DNA from: Oligoflexales bacterium
GTDB taxonomy: Bacteria; Bdellovibrionota_B; Oligoflexia; Oligoflexales; Bog-1112
Direction: 5' to 3'
Length of the DNA stretch: 19,556 bases
NCBI GenBank assembly: GCA_045105515.1
Contig: JBGCDR010000350.1
Span: forward strand, 1 to 19,556
Shown here: positions 1 through 9,378 of the stretch, in pieces
Layout: every line of letters begins with the position of its first letter
How positions within the stretch are numbered: the first letter of the stretch is position 1
Translations under genes and position numbers: made by a program
Notes under the pieces: generated by a model
The model's database searches: none
What the model was told of the DNA's origin: nothing
What the model saw: the letters and a program-made list of their open reading frames with translations, nothing else

Positions 1-135
1 CGCAGCTTCTTCAAAGTTAAGAGTCAGAATTGATAAGCTTCGTGATGAAATAGGTTACGCAGCAGCAGGTCTTTGGAACTATAAAATAACATAAATTAAG
101 CTACCAAAGGGTTTTATCAATTGTTAGACAACTCT
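1..135 (+). mobile_element. Right end of a probable IS5-family (ISL2-group / DDE_Tnp_4-like) insertion sequence
   Basis: Plus-strand frame 2..94 reads AASSKLRVRIDKLRDEIGYAAAGLWNYKIT*, resembling DDE_Tnp_4 transposase C-termini (R..D....A.GL.N). It is followed by TTGTTAGACAACTCT|A (reverse complement TAGAGTTGTCTAACAA), like a TAGA-starting terminal inverted repeat, which supplies the last codons and stop of the traH-like ORF. The other end lies outside the window. Confidence 0.55.
2..94 (+). CDS. 3' end of probable IS5-family transposase (partial, runs off window)
   Basis: Open frame from window edge to TAA at 92-94; AAGLWNYK terminal motif. Confidence 0.5.
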   Translation, partial: AASSKLRVRIDKLRDEIGYAAAGLWNYKIT

Positions 136-756
136 ATTATCAAAACCAGCCCATTTAGCACTAGAATCAATAACTTTATTGATACTTTTTTTGATTCCAC
201 TCCCTGACCAATCTTTTAAGTTGAAGTCTGAATAGTTCTTGCATCCTTCCATTGCACTTTCGAAGTTACCACTATTCGCCCCAATCTTATTTCTCACACA
301 CTGAGATCGTTGCTCATAAAAATCCTCAACTCGATTATCAACATAACGGTCAATGGCTCTACATTGATTTAGCCTAAGGTTAGCTAGGAAATTTGCTCGC
401 AGCCTAAATTGTTTTAGAATGGCGCACCAGGTGGGGCTCATATAACATGTAATAAGCATTGGTGAACCTGCCACGATGTCTCTCCCCATACTTTTAAAAT
501 AATCAGCATTGAGCATATTTTTGAGTGCTGCTCTCATTGTGTGACGAACGTCAATACGTCCACAATCAGAAGCAATGCCAATATCCACATCCAAGTTGAC
601 TACAGCAGCTCGATCAAAAATTGGATCATCCGTGTTGCCATAACCACGCATAAGATAATCTTCCGCATCAAGCTTACTATTGGATCGAAAATCGATGTTC
701 TGAGCCAAAGCATAAACGGGGTTAATCACCCATAATAAGATCAATATTTTGGTCAT
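124..756 (-). pseudogene. traH: TraH-like T4SS periplasmic protein, probably truncated by IS insertion
   Basis: Signal peptide (MTKILILLWVINPVYALA); CGRID motif and SP..CAIL...AN......NQC pattern resemble the TraH N-terminal half; AGGAGG RBS; directly follows traC. Only 210 aa, and the last residues RVV* come from the putative IS end. Confidence 0.6.
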
Positions 757-810
757 TTAGCCTCCTGGTTTTCAAGCCCTCAGTTTCAACATTGCGTAGC
801 TAATTGTGTT

Positions 811-3348
811 TTAAGACTCCTCGTTAACTAACTCTTCCAGTGCTTCCCACTTGTTTGAATGCTGTTCTAGGGCATCCAGTGCCTTCATAGTATCGACCGC
901 ATTACTTGGACACATCCATCTATCATATTTGGTTTGCCTGTAACGGAATGCTCCTTGTATGCTCTTACTCTTATTCAAATAAAATATATCTGCATACTCA
1001 CCTTTCTTGGTGCGTAGTGATCTAATAATTTCCCTGTTAGCCTCATCAAGAAGAGTAGAATTTTTTGAGATGAAATCTACATTGTCTGAACTCATTTGCA
1101 GAAAAATGAAATTGTCCGCTACACCCCAAAAAGCCTTACCAACTTCAAGTTCAAAGTAATTTTGTGGTCTCGGAGTTAAGGTTATTAACCAGCAACCCCT
1201 TTTCCTCATAGTTTCGGCAAAATCAATGGCGAAATCCCTAAAGGCAGGATTATTTCGGCCTAGCATTGCAAATTCTTCCATAACCAAGAATCCTGTGCGC
1301 CCCTGATTTTGAGGTAGGCTGAGAATACACCGAATCTCTTCAATAACAGCCATTGTCATAAGGGTTTGAAGTGTTGGGTCACTATCCAAAGCATCAAGAT
1401 CATAAACATAAAACAGTGTTTGTTTATCCAAACTCGATGCTTTTCCAAGAGTAAAGAAAGGTGCATAGGTTCCATCTCCGTAGAATGGCCTGAGCTTGGT
1501 TACTAGAGTTTCAATAACTTCCTTTTCTCGGATACTCTTTCCTTGAACCAAGCCCCCAAGCTCCGCTACAAAATCATTCATATCAATAGCAACTGGAGAA
1601 CCATCTTTCTTCTTGAGAAATTCGCCTTCGATATACTCAAGTCCGTGTCGATCAAGCTTTTTAAGGTAGGCAAGTTTAAGAGCCTTAGTTATTAAAGTTT
1701 GATGCTCACTCTCAACACTGAATGTGGGGGATGTGAGCTTTAGCGCCATTGAGATCATTTTCGTGAGAAATGCAATCTTCTCTTCGTTGTAGATTCCCCT
1801 GAAAGGAGAAAAAGGAATTTGCTGATCGCGTCTAAAAACATTAAGATCTCCTTCAAAATATTGGCTCAACATTCCATAACTTGATTTTTTGTCGATGATA
1901 AAAACAATAGGTTCAGGACTCATCTTTTTTACAGATTGAAGCCAGTCCACTACGAAAGCAGATTTGCCAGAGCCAGTATCCGCCAATATAACCGTGTGGT
2001 TAGACGTTTCATTTTCAAGCAATGAAAATGGAACAATATTGTTCTCTCTGGATAAATGGAGCCCAATAGCTTTCCTAAAGCCCCTAAAAGAATCAAACAA
2101 AGGCAGAAAATTCATGCAATCAGACCTCAATATCCGTATTGCACGCCTCGTTGAATGATCAGCATCGGGTATATAGGCTAGAGGGAGGGAGTTGATCCAT
2201 AATCCCAGACCAATATCTGTTTCTGAAATCACCTCACACTCAAGATGGTTATGGAAAACCTTACATAATTTTCTGGTTCTGGCCTCAATTTCCTGCTCAT
2301 TCTTACCATCGACAATGATACAGAATGTCATTTGTAGGACTCTATCATCCTTTGCTAGCCGAGATTGGACTTCCTTGATTTCCTGCTGTTGAATTTTAGC
2401 TCTGGCTGTAGCTGCATTTTCAAGAAAAAACTCTTTCATACCTAAGAATTTGTTTACTGATGCAGTCGTCGGAAAAGAAATATTAATGCTTATACGAAAA
2501 GGGAAACCAATATCTACAAAATTAGCCATCCCTCCAGGGTAAGCATGAGAAGGTGAGGTTTTGAGAGTTAACACCCTAGATTTCACACCTTCACACTCAA
2601 TCCCTTGAAAATCCAGCTTTGGGGAGCTAAAGATCAATTGGTCTGAGATTGGAGCTGAGGTGTTTATCGGCGAAAATTTACGTGTAAAATATGATTTTGG
2701 ATTGAAAAAACGACGAAGCAAATCAACTAATGCTTCACCCGATAACCTATTAAGATGTAATTCAGCATTCTCTTCAAAATCTTTTAGAATTCCAGTAAAT
2801 TCCGCAATCTCAGCTAATAGGTTCTTTGCCTCCCTGCTTATAGTCTTTGTTTGCGACCCTAAATCTGATATCCGAACCCCTTGGGCCTTTGATAGAAAAT
2901 ATCGAATACTTACTAAAACTCTTCTGCGAAGGGGAGTTGTCGGACCCATGTTTTTACATGAATTCCGCAATTGCTCTAACTTTTCCGTCTCAAGCAACTT
3001 AGAAACGGGGTGAGGATTATCAAAAGTTGATCCAAGTTGATTAATGCTGCTATCAAATGGTGAATAAATACTAGAATCGTACAAAAGCTGAAAGCAACAA
3101 TTTTCTTTGAGTGAAAACCAAGATTTTGTAGATCCAACTATTCTTAGGATTTGATTTTCGGTCATTGGTTCATGCTCAGCAAGCTTGACTTCAAAAACTG
3201 CGCCCAAGGAGCCATCTTTCATTTGAAAAACACCATAGTTTTCGATGAAGTCCTCATAAGGTAGGAGGTCACCCATAGATTCAGGACGAGTAAACAGAGC
3301 TTGAGTGAATAAGCTACGATCGGTCATAGATTCTTTAATCAAGTCCAT
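811..3348 (-). CDS. traC: VirB4/TraC family T4SS ATPase
   Basis: 845 aa; N-terminal LLPY.D motif; Walker A ADTGSGKS; IIDKKSSY; Walker B-like LVMEEF; MRKRG motif; position after traV. Confidence 0.9.
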   Translation of the reverse strand: MDLIKESMTDRSLFTQALFTRPESMGDLLPYEDFIENYGVFQMKDGSLGAVFEVKLAEHEPMTENQILRIVGSTKSWFSLKENCCFQLLYDSSIYSPFDSSINQLGSTFDNPHPVSKLLETEKLEQLRNSCKNMGPTTPLRRRVLVSIRYFLSKAQGVRISDLGSQTKTISREAKNLLAEIAEFTGILKDFEENAELHLNRLSGEALVDLLRRFFNPKSYFTRKFSPINTSAPISDQLIFSSPKLDFQGIECEGVKSRVLTLKTSPSHAYPGGMANFVDIGFPFRISINISFPTTASVNKFLGMKEFFLENAATARAKIQQQEIKEVQSRLAKDDRVLQMTFCIIVDGKNEQEIEARTRKLCKVFHNHLECEVISETDIGLGLWINSLPLAYIPDADHSTRRAIRILRSDCMNFLPLFDSFRGFRKAIGLHLSRENNIVPFSLLENETSNHTVILADTGSGKSAFVVDWLQSVKKMSPEPIVFIIDKKSSYGMLSQYFEGDLNVFRRDQQIPFSPFRGIYNEEKIAFLTKMISMALKLTSPTFSVESEHQTLITKALKLAYLKKLDRHGLEYIEGEFLKKKDGSPVAIDMNDFVAELGGLVQGKSIREKEVIETLVTKLRPFYGDGTYAPFFTLGKASSLDKQTLFYVYDLDALDSDPTLQTLMTMAVIEEIRCILSLPQNQGRTGFLVMEEFAMLGRNNPAFRDFAIDFAETMRKRGCWLITLTPRPQNYFELEVGKAFWGVADNFIFLQMSSDNVDFISKNSTLLDEANREIIRSLRTKKGEYADIFYLNKSKSIQGAFRYRQTKYDRWMCPSNAVDTMKALDALEQHSNKWEALEELVNEES

Positions 3349-3685
3349 ATCGTGGTCCCTTTGCTTTTTTCTTTGGTTTGATGACTAGTGGCTCCATCTT
3401 TTCTTCTATTTGCCAATGGGAGCGAGTCACTACTGTTCGTATCCAACCTCCACGGAAATAGTCTCCATTGGCAAGTTCATGCGGATGAACCCAAATATCA
3501 GCTACCACCGGCTTGGTTCTTATGGGTACTAGTAGTGGATGATCAACTTCGTCAAGAGCTTCCTTAATTTCCCCAAAATTTTCGTAGTCAGCGCTTTTTT
3601 CCAGCATATTGAGAGATGGTGCTCGCGTCATAGCGCAGCCTCCCATATGCCCCAACATGAGAAGAAGAAGTAGGATGTGTCTCAT
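3335..3685 (-). CDS. traV: TraV-like T4SS outer-membrane lipoprotein
   Basis: Lipoprotein signal ending MGGC; PIRTKPVVADIWVHPHELANGDYFRGGWI...SHW matches the TraV PxRxxxxVxxIWxxP..GD motif; lies between traB and traC. Confidence 0.85.
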   Translation of the reverse strand: MRHILLLLLMLGHMGGCAMTRAPSLNMLEKSADYENFGEIKEALDEVDHPLLVPIRTKPVVADIWVHPHELANGDYFRGGWIRTVVTRSHWQIEEKMEPLVIKPKKKAKGPRYGLD

Positions 3686-3694
3686 GATTCTCTC

Positions 3695-4900
3695 CTATTG
3701 AAGTAAGTTACTTAGAAAGGAAACACCACCATATTGGTCGAAATGGCGTTTGAAGTACCAGTCGGGGAGCGTTACTGAGTTTTGTACTATGATCCAGACC
3801 TCCTGACCTGATCCGACGTTTATGGTTGGTAGAAGCTGTTCCGCATGTTTGAGATACCAATTTGTAATAGTATTTGCCGCAGTTGAAGCGCCCTGAGCGG
3901 CTATATATCGCCCTTTAGAGCCTGTAATTTCAGAGGAGCTTCCATTAGCATTTGTTGTTGTTTTGGTCTGTGAGTTACCGACAGCACTTCCTATGCCAGA
4001 TACTACCGATGAAAGAAACGCCATAGCTGCAACACGATCTTGCTTGCTGTTCACACTACCCATTACTGCAAAGGAATTGTCCTTTCCATCTGCAACATAA
4101 CCGTTGACCTTGCGTTCAAACGCTCTGCCTGATTTTGAAACACACGATATCTTTGTAGCTTGCATTTCGACTCTTTCGATTGACAAATTCCCCGTTGATT
4201 TAGCGATCAAGAAGCAACCAGTTAGATCCACCCGACTTTTATTTGGTCCAATAAAGGCATAGTCTGCTTGCAAGAGCGCCGGAAGGGCTCGTCCCTCAGG
4301 GGCCTCTATACCAGTGAGGAGCTTTGCTTTCACAAATGAACCAGATGGAATTTGCACACCTAGATCAACTGGGGGAGATTTCTTTTGTACCGGAAATGAA
4401 ATCACGGATGCCCCTGATCTCCTCATTTTTTTTCTTGAAGAATTACTTACTCGGATTGAATTCGAAGTCGGTTGAGGTCCAGAAGCAATAGTCGTATTAA
4501 AGTCTCTGGATGGGGATGAAAGCTTGCTTGCTGTTATTGGCTCTAAGGTTGTCTGTGGTTGTTGTTGGCTATTATCTATCTCTTCATGCTGAGCTTCTGA
4601 AGCATCGTTCATGCTTTCTATTTTAGAAGTTAGCTTTGAGATCTTTTCTTCAAGATCTTGTAGTTGACTCGTATAAACCTTGTCCTTTCTTCTATAGATT
4701 TCATTGTTTCCTGCTATCACTCTGCTATTTGATAGCTCATCTACATTGTTCTGATAAGCAATCACCTTAGCATCTTGATGTCTGCTTGCCAGATAAGTCA
4801 CAAGCAACATGCAAAATGCAAACCCCATGAAGATCAAACTCGGATTCTCACGAATCCGATACATGGCTCTCCAAAATGATGTTAGTCGAAGCTTTTTCAT
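3695..4900 (-). CDS. traB: TraB/VirB10-like T4SS core protein
   Basis: N-terminal TM segment, coiled coil, Pro/Ser-rich linker, then IPSGSFVKAKLLTGIEAP, DLTGCFLI...GNLSIERV...ISCV, GYVADGKD..G and C-terminal PTINVGSG, typical of F TraB. Confidence 0.9.
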   Translation of the reverse strand: MKKLRLTSFWRAMYRIRENPSLIFMGFAFCMLLVTYLASRHQDAKVIAYQNNVDELSNSRVIAGNNEIYRRKDKVYTSQLQDLEEKISKLTSKIESMNDASEAQHEEIDNSQQQPQTTLEPITASKLSSPSRDFNTTIASGPQPTSNSIRVSNSSRKKMRRSGASVISFPVQKKSPPVDLGVQIPSGSFVKAKLLTGIEAPEGRALPALLQADYAFIGPNKSRVDLTGCFLIAKSTGNLSIERVEMQATKISCVSKSGRAFERKVNGYVADGKDNSFAVMGSVNSKQDRVAAMAFLSSVVSGIGSAVGNSQTKTTTNANGSSSEITGSKGRYIAAQGASTAANTITNWYLKHAEQLLPTINVGSGQEVWIIVQNSVTLPDWYFKRHFDQYGGVSFLSNLLQ

Positions 4901-4910
4901 AGATTAATCC

Positions 4911-5687
4911 TTACTTCGCTTGGTTTTTAATAATTGGAGCCACAGGAAGATTGATGTTGTAATAAACAGAGGTGGGCTTTGCGACAATTCTCAATAAAGT
5001 TTCATGCTTTCCCTTTATTGGATGAATAAGGTTTTGGTCAGCTTGGGTAAGAAGAGCAACATTTGGTCTTCCTAATGTCAAAATCTTAACATCGAGAGCA
5101 TATACTTTGTCTTTCGAGTTATTACTTACTTTGAAAATATAACCATGAAACTTAGGCCCTGAATACACCCTAATCAGTCTGGCTGATATCTCATCAAAAC
5201 CAGTTTGAACTCGCTGACTTAAGTTTCTAAGATTGTAGCCACTGACGACATCACCCCTAATCATGGCTTTCATTAGCTCAACTTCAGAGACTTCACCCCC
5301 TGGACTGGTTTTTGTAACTGGGTCAATGCGTAGCCTTTTTGCTTTAAAATCGTAGAAAGTGTTTGTTATTTCGTGCAGTTTAGAGCGAACTGTTTCGAAG
5401 AATAGATTTACGATAACATCATTTGCAAGAATAATTGTTACAGAACTTTTGGCTTTCTGATGTCTGGGCTTTACGGTAAGTACACGAAAATCAGGATTTT
5501 GCGCATCAGCTGGTTCTATCTGAAATTTTGTGGCCTGGGTAATAGTTTTGACCTCCTCATCAAACCGCAAAATTGTTGATACTCCATAGGATAGCGATAC
5601 AGTCTCACGCTCAGACCCGTAATAAATGGTTTTTGAAAAAACTGAAGCCGACCAACACAGCAGCGATATTAAAATAAGAAATCTCAT
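4911..5687 (-). CDS. traK: TraK-like T4SS secretin-like outer-membrane protein
   Basis: Start moved to MRFLILISLL (ATG 5687, AAGGG upstream, signal peptide); LMKAMIRGDVVSGY and YSG..FHGYIFKVSN resemble the TraK C-terminal domain; synteny traE-traK-traB. Confidence 0.75.
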   Translation of the reverse strand: MRFLILISLLCWSASVFSKTIYYGSERETVSLSYGVSTILRFDEEVKTITQATKFQIEPADAQNPDFRVLTVKPRHQKAKSSVTIILANDVIVNLFFETVRSKLHEITNTFYDFKAKRLRIDPVTKTSPGGEVSEVELMKAMIRGDVVSGYNLRNLSQRVQTGFDEISARLIRVYSGPKFHGYIFKVSNNSKDKVYALDVKILTLGRPNVALLTQADQNLIHPIKGKHETLLRIVAKPTSVYYNINLPVAPIIKNQAK

Positions 5688-5709
5688 ACATGACCCTTGT
5701 TTTATTGAA

Positions 5710-6423
5710 TTATTTCTTGTTAGATATTCGCATGTTAAAATCTGTGAGCTTTGACCAAGAAAGAGAGGTGATTTGCAGATACCAACGCTTTGCACGATTG
5801 GGTGGCACAAGTTTTAAACGCATTTCAACCACCTGATCTTCATGACCAAGAGCTTGTCCAGCAGCATAAAAGTCTGCTCTGGCAAAGGCTGTGATTTGGT
5901 ATTCTCCATTCGGTTTTGAAGTTATTTCCTTCCTCTTAACTTGAAAAAGCTGTGCCAAGTCTTCCGACTTGGTTTGGGAAATCCATTCTTTGACTTCTGT
6001 AGAAAACTTTATTCGCAGTTCTGGACTCATGAATCTCATCAGGGAATCGTACTGTTCATCAATGTTGGCTGCGTTTATATTTCCAAGGGTGCTAAGGAAA
6101 TCAGAGACAGCATCACTTACATACGAATCAGGGACATTTTGAGGCGTAGCAGGAGTGAAATCTCTTACACCTGGTGCCAAAATATATTCTTTTGACCTAA
6201 GTTGTTTATATAGAGTTGAAATTTCTATGCGAGATATAGCAAAGTAGCTTAAAAAAATCACAGAAATGACTCCAACAACGTAGGTAAGAATAAGCTTTTC
6301 TCTGAGGAGTGCAGCCCTATATGCTATGTATTTTGGCAAACTCCCAAACACTTCTTTGCCATTTGCAGGGAATGGTGGCAATGAAGCTTTTTTCTTAAAA
6401 TTTTTATCTTTCGGTCCAATCAT
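5710..6423 (-). CDS. traE: TraE-like inner-membrane T4SS protein
   Basis: One N-terminal TM segment; ILAPG after the TM; FLSTLGNINAANIDEQYDSLMRFMSPE pattern of TraE; AGGAGG RBS; synteny. Confidence 0.75.
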   Translation of the reverse strand: MIGPKDKNFKKKASLPPFPANGKEVFGSLPKYIAYRAALLREKLILTYVVGVISVIFLSYFAISRIEISTLYKQLRSKEYILAPGVRDFTPATPQNVPDSYVSDAVSDFLSTLGNINAANIDEQYDSLMRFMSPELRIKFSTEVKEWISQTKSEDLAQLFQVKRKEITSKPNGEYQITAFARADFYAAGQALGHEDQVVEMRLKLVPPNRAKRWYLQITSLSWSKLTDFNMRISNKK

Positions 6424-6436
6424 TGATCCTCCTTTC

Positions 6437-6748
6437 CTAGTCAGAAAAACGTTTTTTACCTCTTGGGTTTATAAGACCTGGTAATCTCATGCCAAATCTT
6501 CGATAAGGGTAGTGGAAATAGATTCCTTTTTGGTTCCTACGTCTAACATAAGGCCCAACTCCAAGGGTCAGAATTAGTGAGATAAGCATCATCTTCCAAG
6601 AGCTAACAACTATTCCAAAGAGAAGCATAGCTCCGAGTGCAACAAAGACCTCACTCAATTCAAAGTAATCAAACACCGTAATTGGGTTATCCACAGTTTG
6701 GCAAACCTTCACAGAATACTTTTGACGCATTCCATCATATTGATGCAT
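6437..6748 (-). CDS. traL: TraL/VirB3-like small membrane protein
   Basis: 103 aa; VDNP...FELSE followed by two hydrophobic segments and a basic C-terminus; between pilin and traE. Confidence 0.65.
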   Translation of the reverse strand: MHQYDGMRQKYSVKVCQTVDNPITVFDYFELSEVFVALGAMLLFGIVVSSWKMMLISLILTLGVGPYVRRRNQKGIYFHYPYRRFGMRLPGLINPRGKKRFSD

Positions 6749-7117
6749 CTAATTGCCTCCCCCTGTGTTGAAAATAGAACCACCACCAGAAGCTGACATT
6801 TCAAAGATATTTTTTATCCACATTGGTGTGGTTCCGATGACGATAGCAGCAATTACGCAGATTATTGCCATGTTGAAGCGTTGCTCTTTTAGATTCCACC
6901 CAGCAGCCAAGATACATAGACCAGCTGCTAACTTAGCTCCGTAGTTGAATAGAACGCTGTCCACAATGTGAAGGAGTGTTTGTGCAGCAGTAAAATCAGC
7001 AATTGATCCTTGCCCTGGTAAATTGTTTGCTAAAGCAATTGCTGAAATAAATAGAATCGCCAACACAATTAGGATCATGGCTAAATAGTTTTGGTTTTTC
7101 TTAGTTAGAACTCTCAT
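6749..7117 (-). CDS. TrbC/VirB2/TraA-like conjugative pilin
   Basis: 122 aa; long signal peptide ending AIALA; two further hydrophobic helices separated by a short basic loop (WNLKEQR); position upstream of traL-traE-traK. Confidence 0.75.
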   Translation of the reverse strand: MRVLTKKNQNYLAMILIVLAILFISAIALANNLPGQGSIADFTAAQTLLHIVDSVLFNYGAKLAAGLCILAAGWNLKEQRFNMAIICVIAAIVIGTTPMWIKNIFEMSASGGGSIFNTGGGN

Positions 7118-7125
7118 AGAACCTC

Positions 7126-7851
7126 CTATTTTTGGGAGAGTTTACCGAGCACGGTTTGAGCTGACTGATATCCTTGAAGCCTATAAACAAGTCGCTTTTC
7201 TGTATCCGCAACAAAGAGTACAGGCCAAGAATTAATATTCTTTGCTTTCACTTCCTCCTGTGAAGCTGGAGTGATTGGAAATGGTACAGAAAATTTGGGT
7301 GTATCTCGGTCAATCTGCCTTACTTCAACGTAGTATCCCATTGCTTGAAGTTCCTGCACTGTTTGGATCATTTTTTGGCAGTGAGGGCATGATGAATCAA
7401 AATAAAGTCTGAACCGAAATCGCTTGATATCTATTTGCTTTACTGTGAATTTTTCTAGCTTTTTTTCGAGTTCACTTCGATATCGCGGTTTGAGATTTTC
7501 CCCCTTCCTTTCAAGGTAGATGGACAATCTATTCTGTAAACGACTCATCAAACGGTTTTTAGTTTCGATTACTTTGAACCATCTTTCTATATTCTTATCG
7601 TTAGGGTTGCGAGCTAGTTCCATAAATGGCTTTGGTGGCTTGTAATTTCCTTCTTCGAAGAATTCATCATTTTTTGGATTGGTATACTTATTCCAATCAA
7701 ATCCTTTTTCTTTTGGCTTATCCCTTGGTAGAGTGGCTTTCTTTGGCTTAGATTGTATTTCATTCCAGTAATCTATGTTTTCATTAAAGTAGTCAAATGC
7801 TAATATTTTCGCCGGGTAATTGACAACTAGGAGAAAAAACAGATAGCGCAT
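7126..7851 (-). CDS. traF: TraF-like thioredoxin-fold pilus assembly protein (CPHC)
   Basis: Signal peptide; LARNPNDKNIERW resembles TraF NPTxENV; LYFDSSCPHCQK CxxC motif; cis-Pro region SWPVLFV. Confidence 0.7.
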   Translation of the reverse strand: MRYLFFLLVVNYPAKILAFDYFNENIDYWNEIQSKPKKATLPRDKPKEKGFDWNKYTNPKNDEFFEEGNYKPPKPFMELARNPNDKNIERWFKVIETKNRLMSRLQNRLSIYLERKGENLKPRYRSELEKKLEKFTVKQIDIKRFRFRLYFDSSCPHCQKMIQTVQELQAMGYYVEVRQIDRDTPKFSVPFPITPASQEEVKAKNINSWPVLFVADTEKRLVYRLQGYQSAQTVLGKLSQK

Positions 7852-7860
7852 TAGAATCTC

Positions 7861-9378
7861 CTATGCATAGGTTTCTATATTTGAAACATCGATTAATCCT
7901 TTATCTGCAAGAGATTGACATTCGAGTTTAAGAGATGTGGGAAGAGAGTTTGTGCAAAGGTCCTCCCTTTCTAGGTACTCTATGATGGCCATTCTTCCTG
8001 TAATTCCATGGCTGCATGAAGCACATCCAGTGGTATTGGTCTTGAAATGTCGATCATTTACAGAAATCTTACATTTGGAGCAAAGCTTCTTAACCAATCT
8101 TTGAGCCACAGATAAGCGAAGATTGGTTTTTATTGTGAAGTCATCGATTCCCAGGTTTAATAAGCGATCGATAACCTCCGTTGCTCCATTGGCGTGAACT
8201 GTCGATAAGACCAAGTGACCTGTTGAAGCCAATTTCATGCTTATATCAGCAGACTCTGGGTCTCTGATTTCTCCTAAAAGAATAATGTCAGGATCTTGCC
8301 TCATCAGTGCTTTTTGAAAATCATGAAAGTCTTCACCGTTGGCAACACTTGACTGAGTGATCCTTTCAAGTCGTTTTTCAACTGGGTTCTCAAGGGTTGA
8401 TATGTTTTTTCCAAGTCGATCCATCTCTTCAAGAAGTGCATATAAAGTCGTAGTCTTTCCACTACCAGTTGGACCAGAGATGATGACCAAGCCATTGGGT
8501 TTAGATATATTTCGCTTAAGAACATTAATTTTTTCGTCTTCAAACCCAATATCTTTAAGCCTGAGTCTTTCATCTTGATATTGAATGCGGATAACGATTT
8601 TCTCTCCACCACAAGATGTTGGCATAGAGTTTATTCTCATATCGACAGACAGGGAGTCGAAACTTGCCCCTGAATCTTGAGGTTTTGAGGCAATGGCTAG
8701 ATCAAGGTTTAGAATCCATTTTAACTTATTCGTTATTGGCTCTTTGTGTTCTTCCGAAATGGTTTTCCAATCATGAAGAGCACCATGAACCCTGAAACGT
8801 ATGAGATAACGGTCTTCAAAGGGTTCAAAATGTATATCACTAACTTTTAAGTTACACGCCTCTTCAAAACATTGTCGAATCATTTCAGTGAATGGGTTCT
8901 CTTCACGAACTTTTTGGTCACAACTAAGGTCACCCGAAAGGACAATGGTATGTTTATCATTGCTCTTCTGATCTCCTTGGAGAAGCTTGTAAATTGTTGG
9001 CTTGATTCTCCACAGCTCAACTGATTTTCTAGCTTTAGTTTCCAATCTTTCATAGAGAGAATCAGAAAATTCGATGACTGCAAAAATGATTCTTTCATTA
9101 TTGTTTTGAACAACTAGGCATTCATTGGGCCTGTCAAAATTCTCCCTTATACTAAGCTCAACCTGATTCCGCATGGCTTTTAGCTGTGAGAATGATTTAG
9201 AACAATCGGGTTTTAAAAATTGAATCAAAAGACTATCCAATGAAGTCTCTGTTAAATAGCCTAAGTCCTTGAGCAGTCTTCCAAAGAGTTTGGAGCTATA
9301 TTTTGATACCATTAAGGTTTTCTGTAGTTGCTCTCTAGTAACGGAACCTTTGCTGACAGCGAATTCTCCAAACCTCAT
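7861..9378 (-). CDS. PilB/GspE-family secretion ATPase with N-terminal MshEN-like domain
   Basis: Start moved to MRFGEFAV (ATG 9378, ATGA overlap with traU stop). SDIHFEP, Walker A GPTGSGKT, Asp-box TLENPVE, LMRQDPDIILLGEIRD, His-box GHLVLSTVHAN, tetracysteine LCSKC...GCASC..GITGR. Confidence 0.9.
   Translation of the reverse strand: MRFGEFAVSKGSVTREQLQKTLMVSKYSSKLFGRLLKDLGYLTETSLDSLLIQFLKPDCSKSFSQLKAMRNQVELSIRENFDRPNECLVVQNNNERIIFAVIEFSDSLYERLETKARKSVELWRIKPTIYKLLQGDQKSNDKHTIVLSGDLSCDQKVREENPFTEMIRQCFEEACNLKVSDIHFEPFEDRYLIRFRVHGALHDWKTISEEHKEPITNKLKWILNLDLAIASKPQDSGASFDSLSVDMRINSMPTSCGGEKIVIRIQYQDERLRLKDIGFEDEKINVLKRNISKPNGLVIISGPTGSGKTTTLYALLEEMDRLGKNISTLENPVEKRLERITQSSVANGEDFHDFQKALMRQDPDIILLGEIRDPESADISMKLASTGHLVLSTVHANGATEVIDRLLNLGIDDFTIKTNLRLSVAQRLVKKLCSKCKISVNDRHFKTNTTGCASCSHGITGRMAIIEYLEREDLCTNSLPTSLKLECQSLADKGLIDVSNIETYA

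Noticed and set aside
5688..5810. Longer N-terminus for TraK given by the ORF track (start 5810)
   Set aside because: Overlaps traE by about 100 bp; ATG 5687 has an RBS and gives a proper signal peptide.
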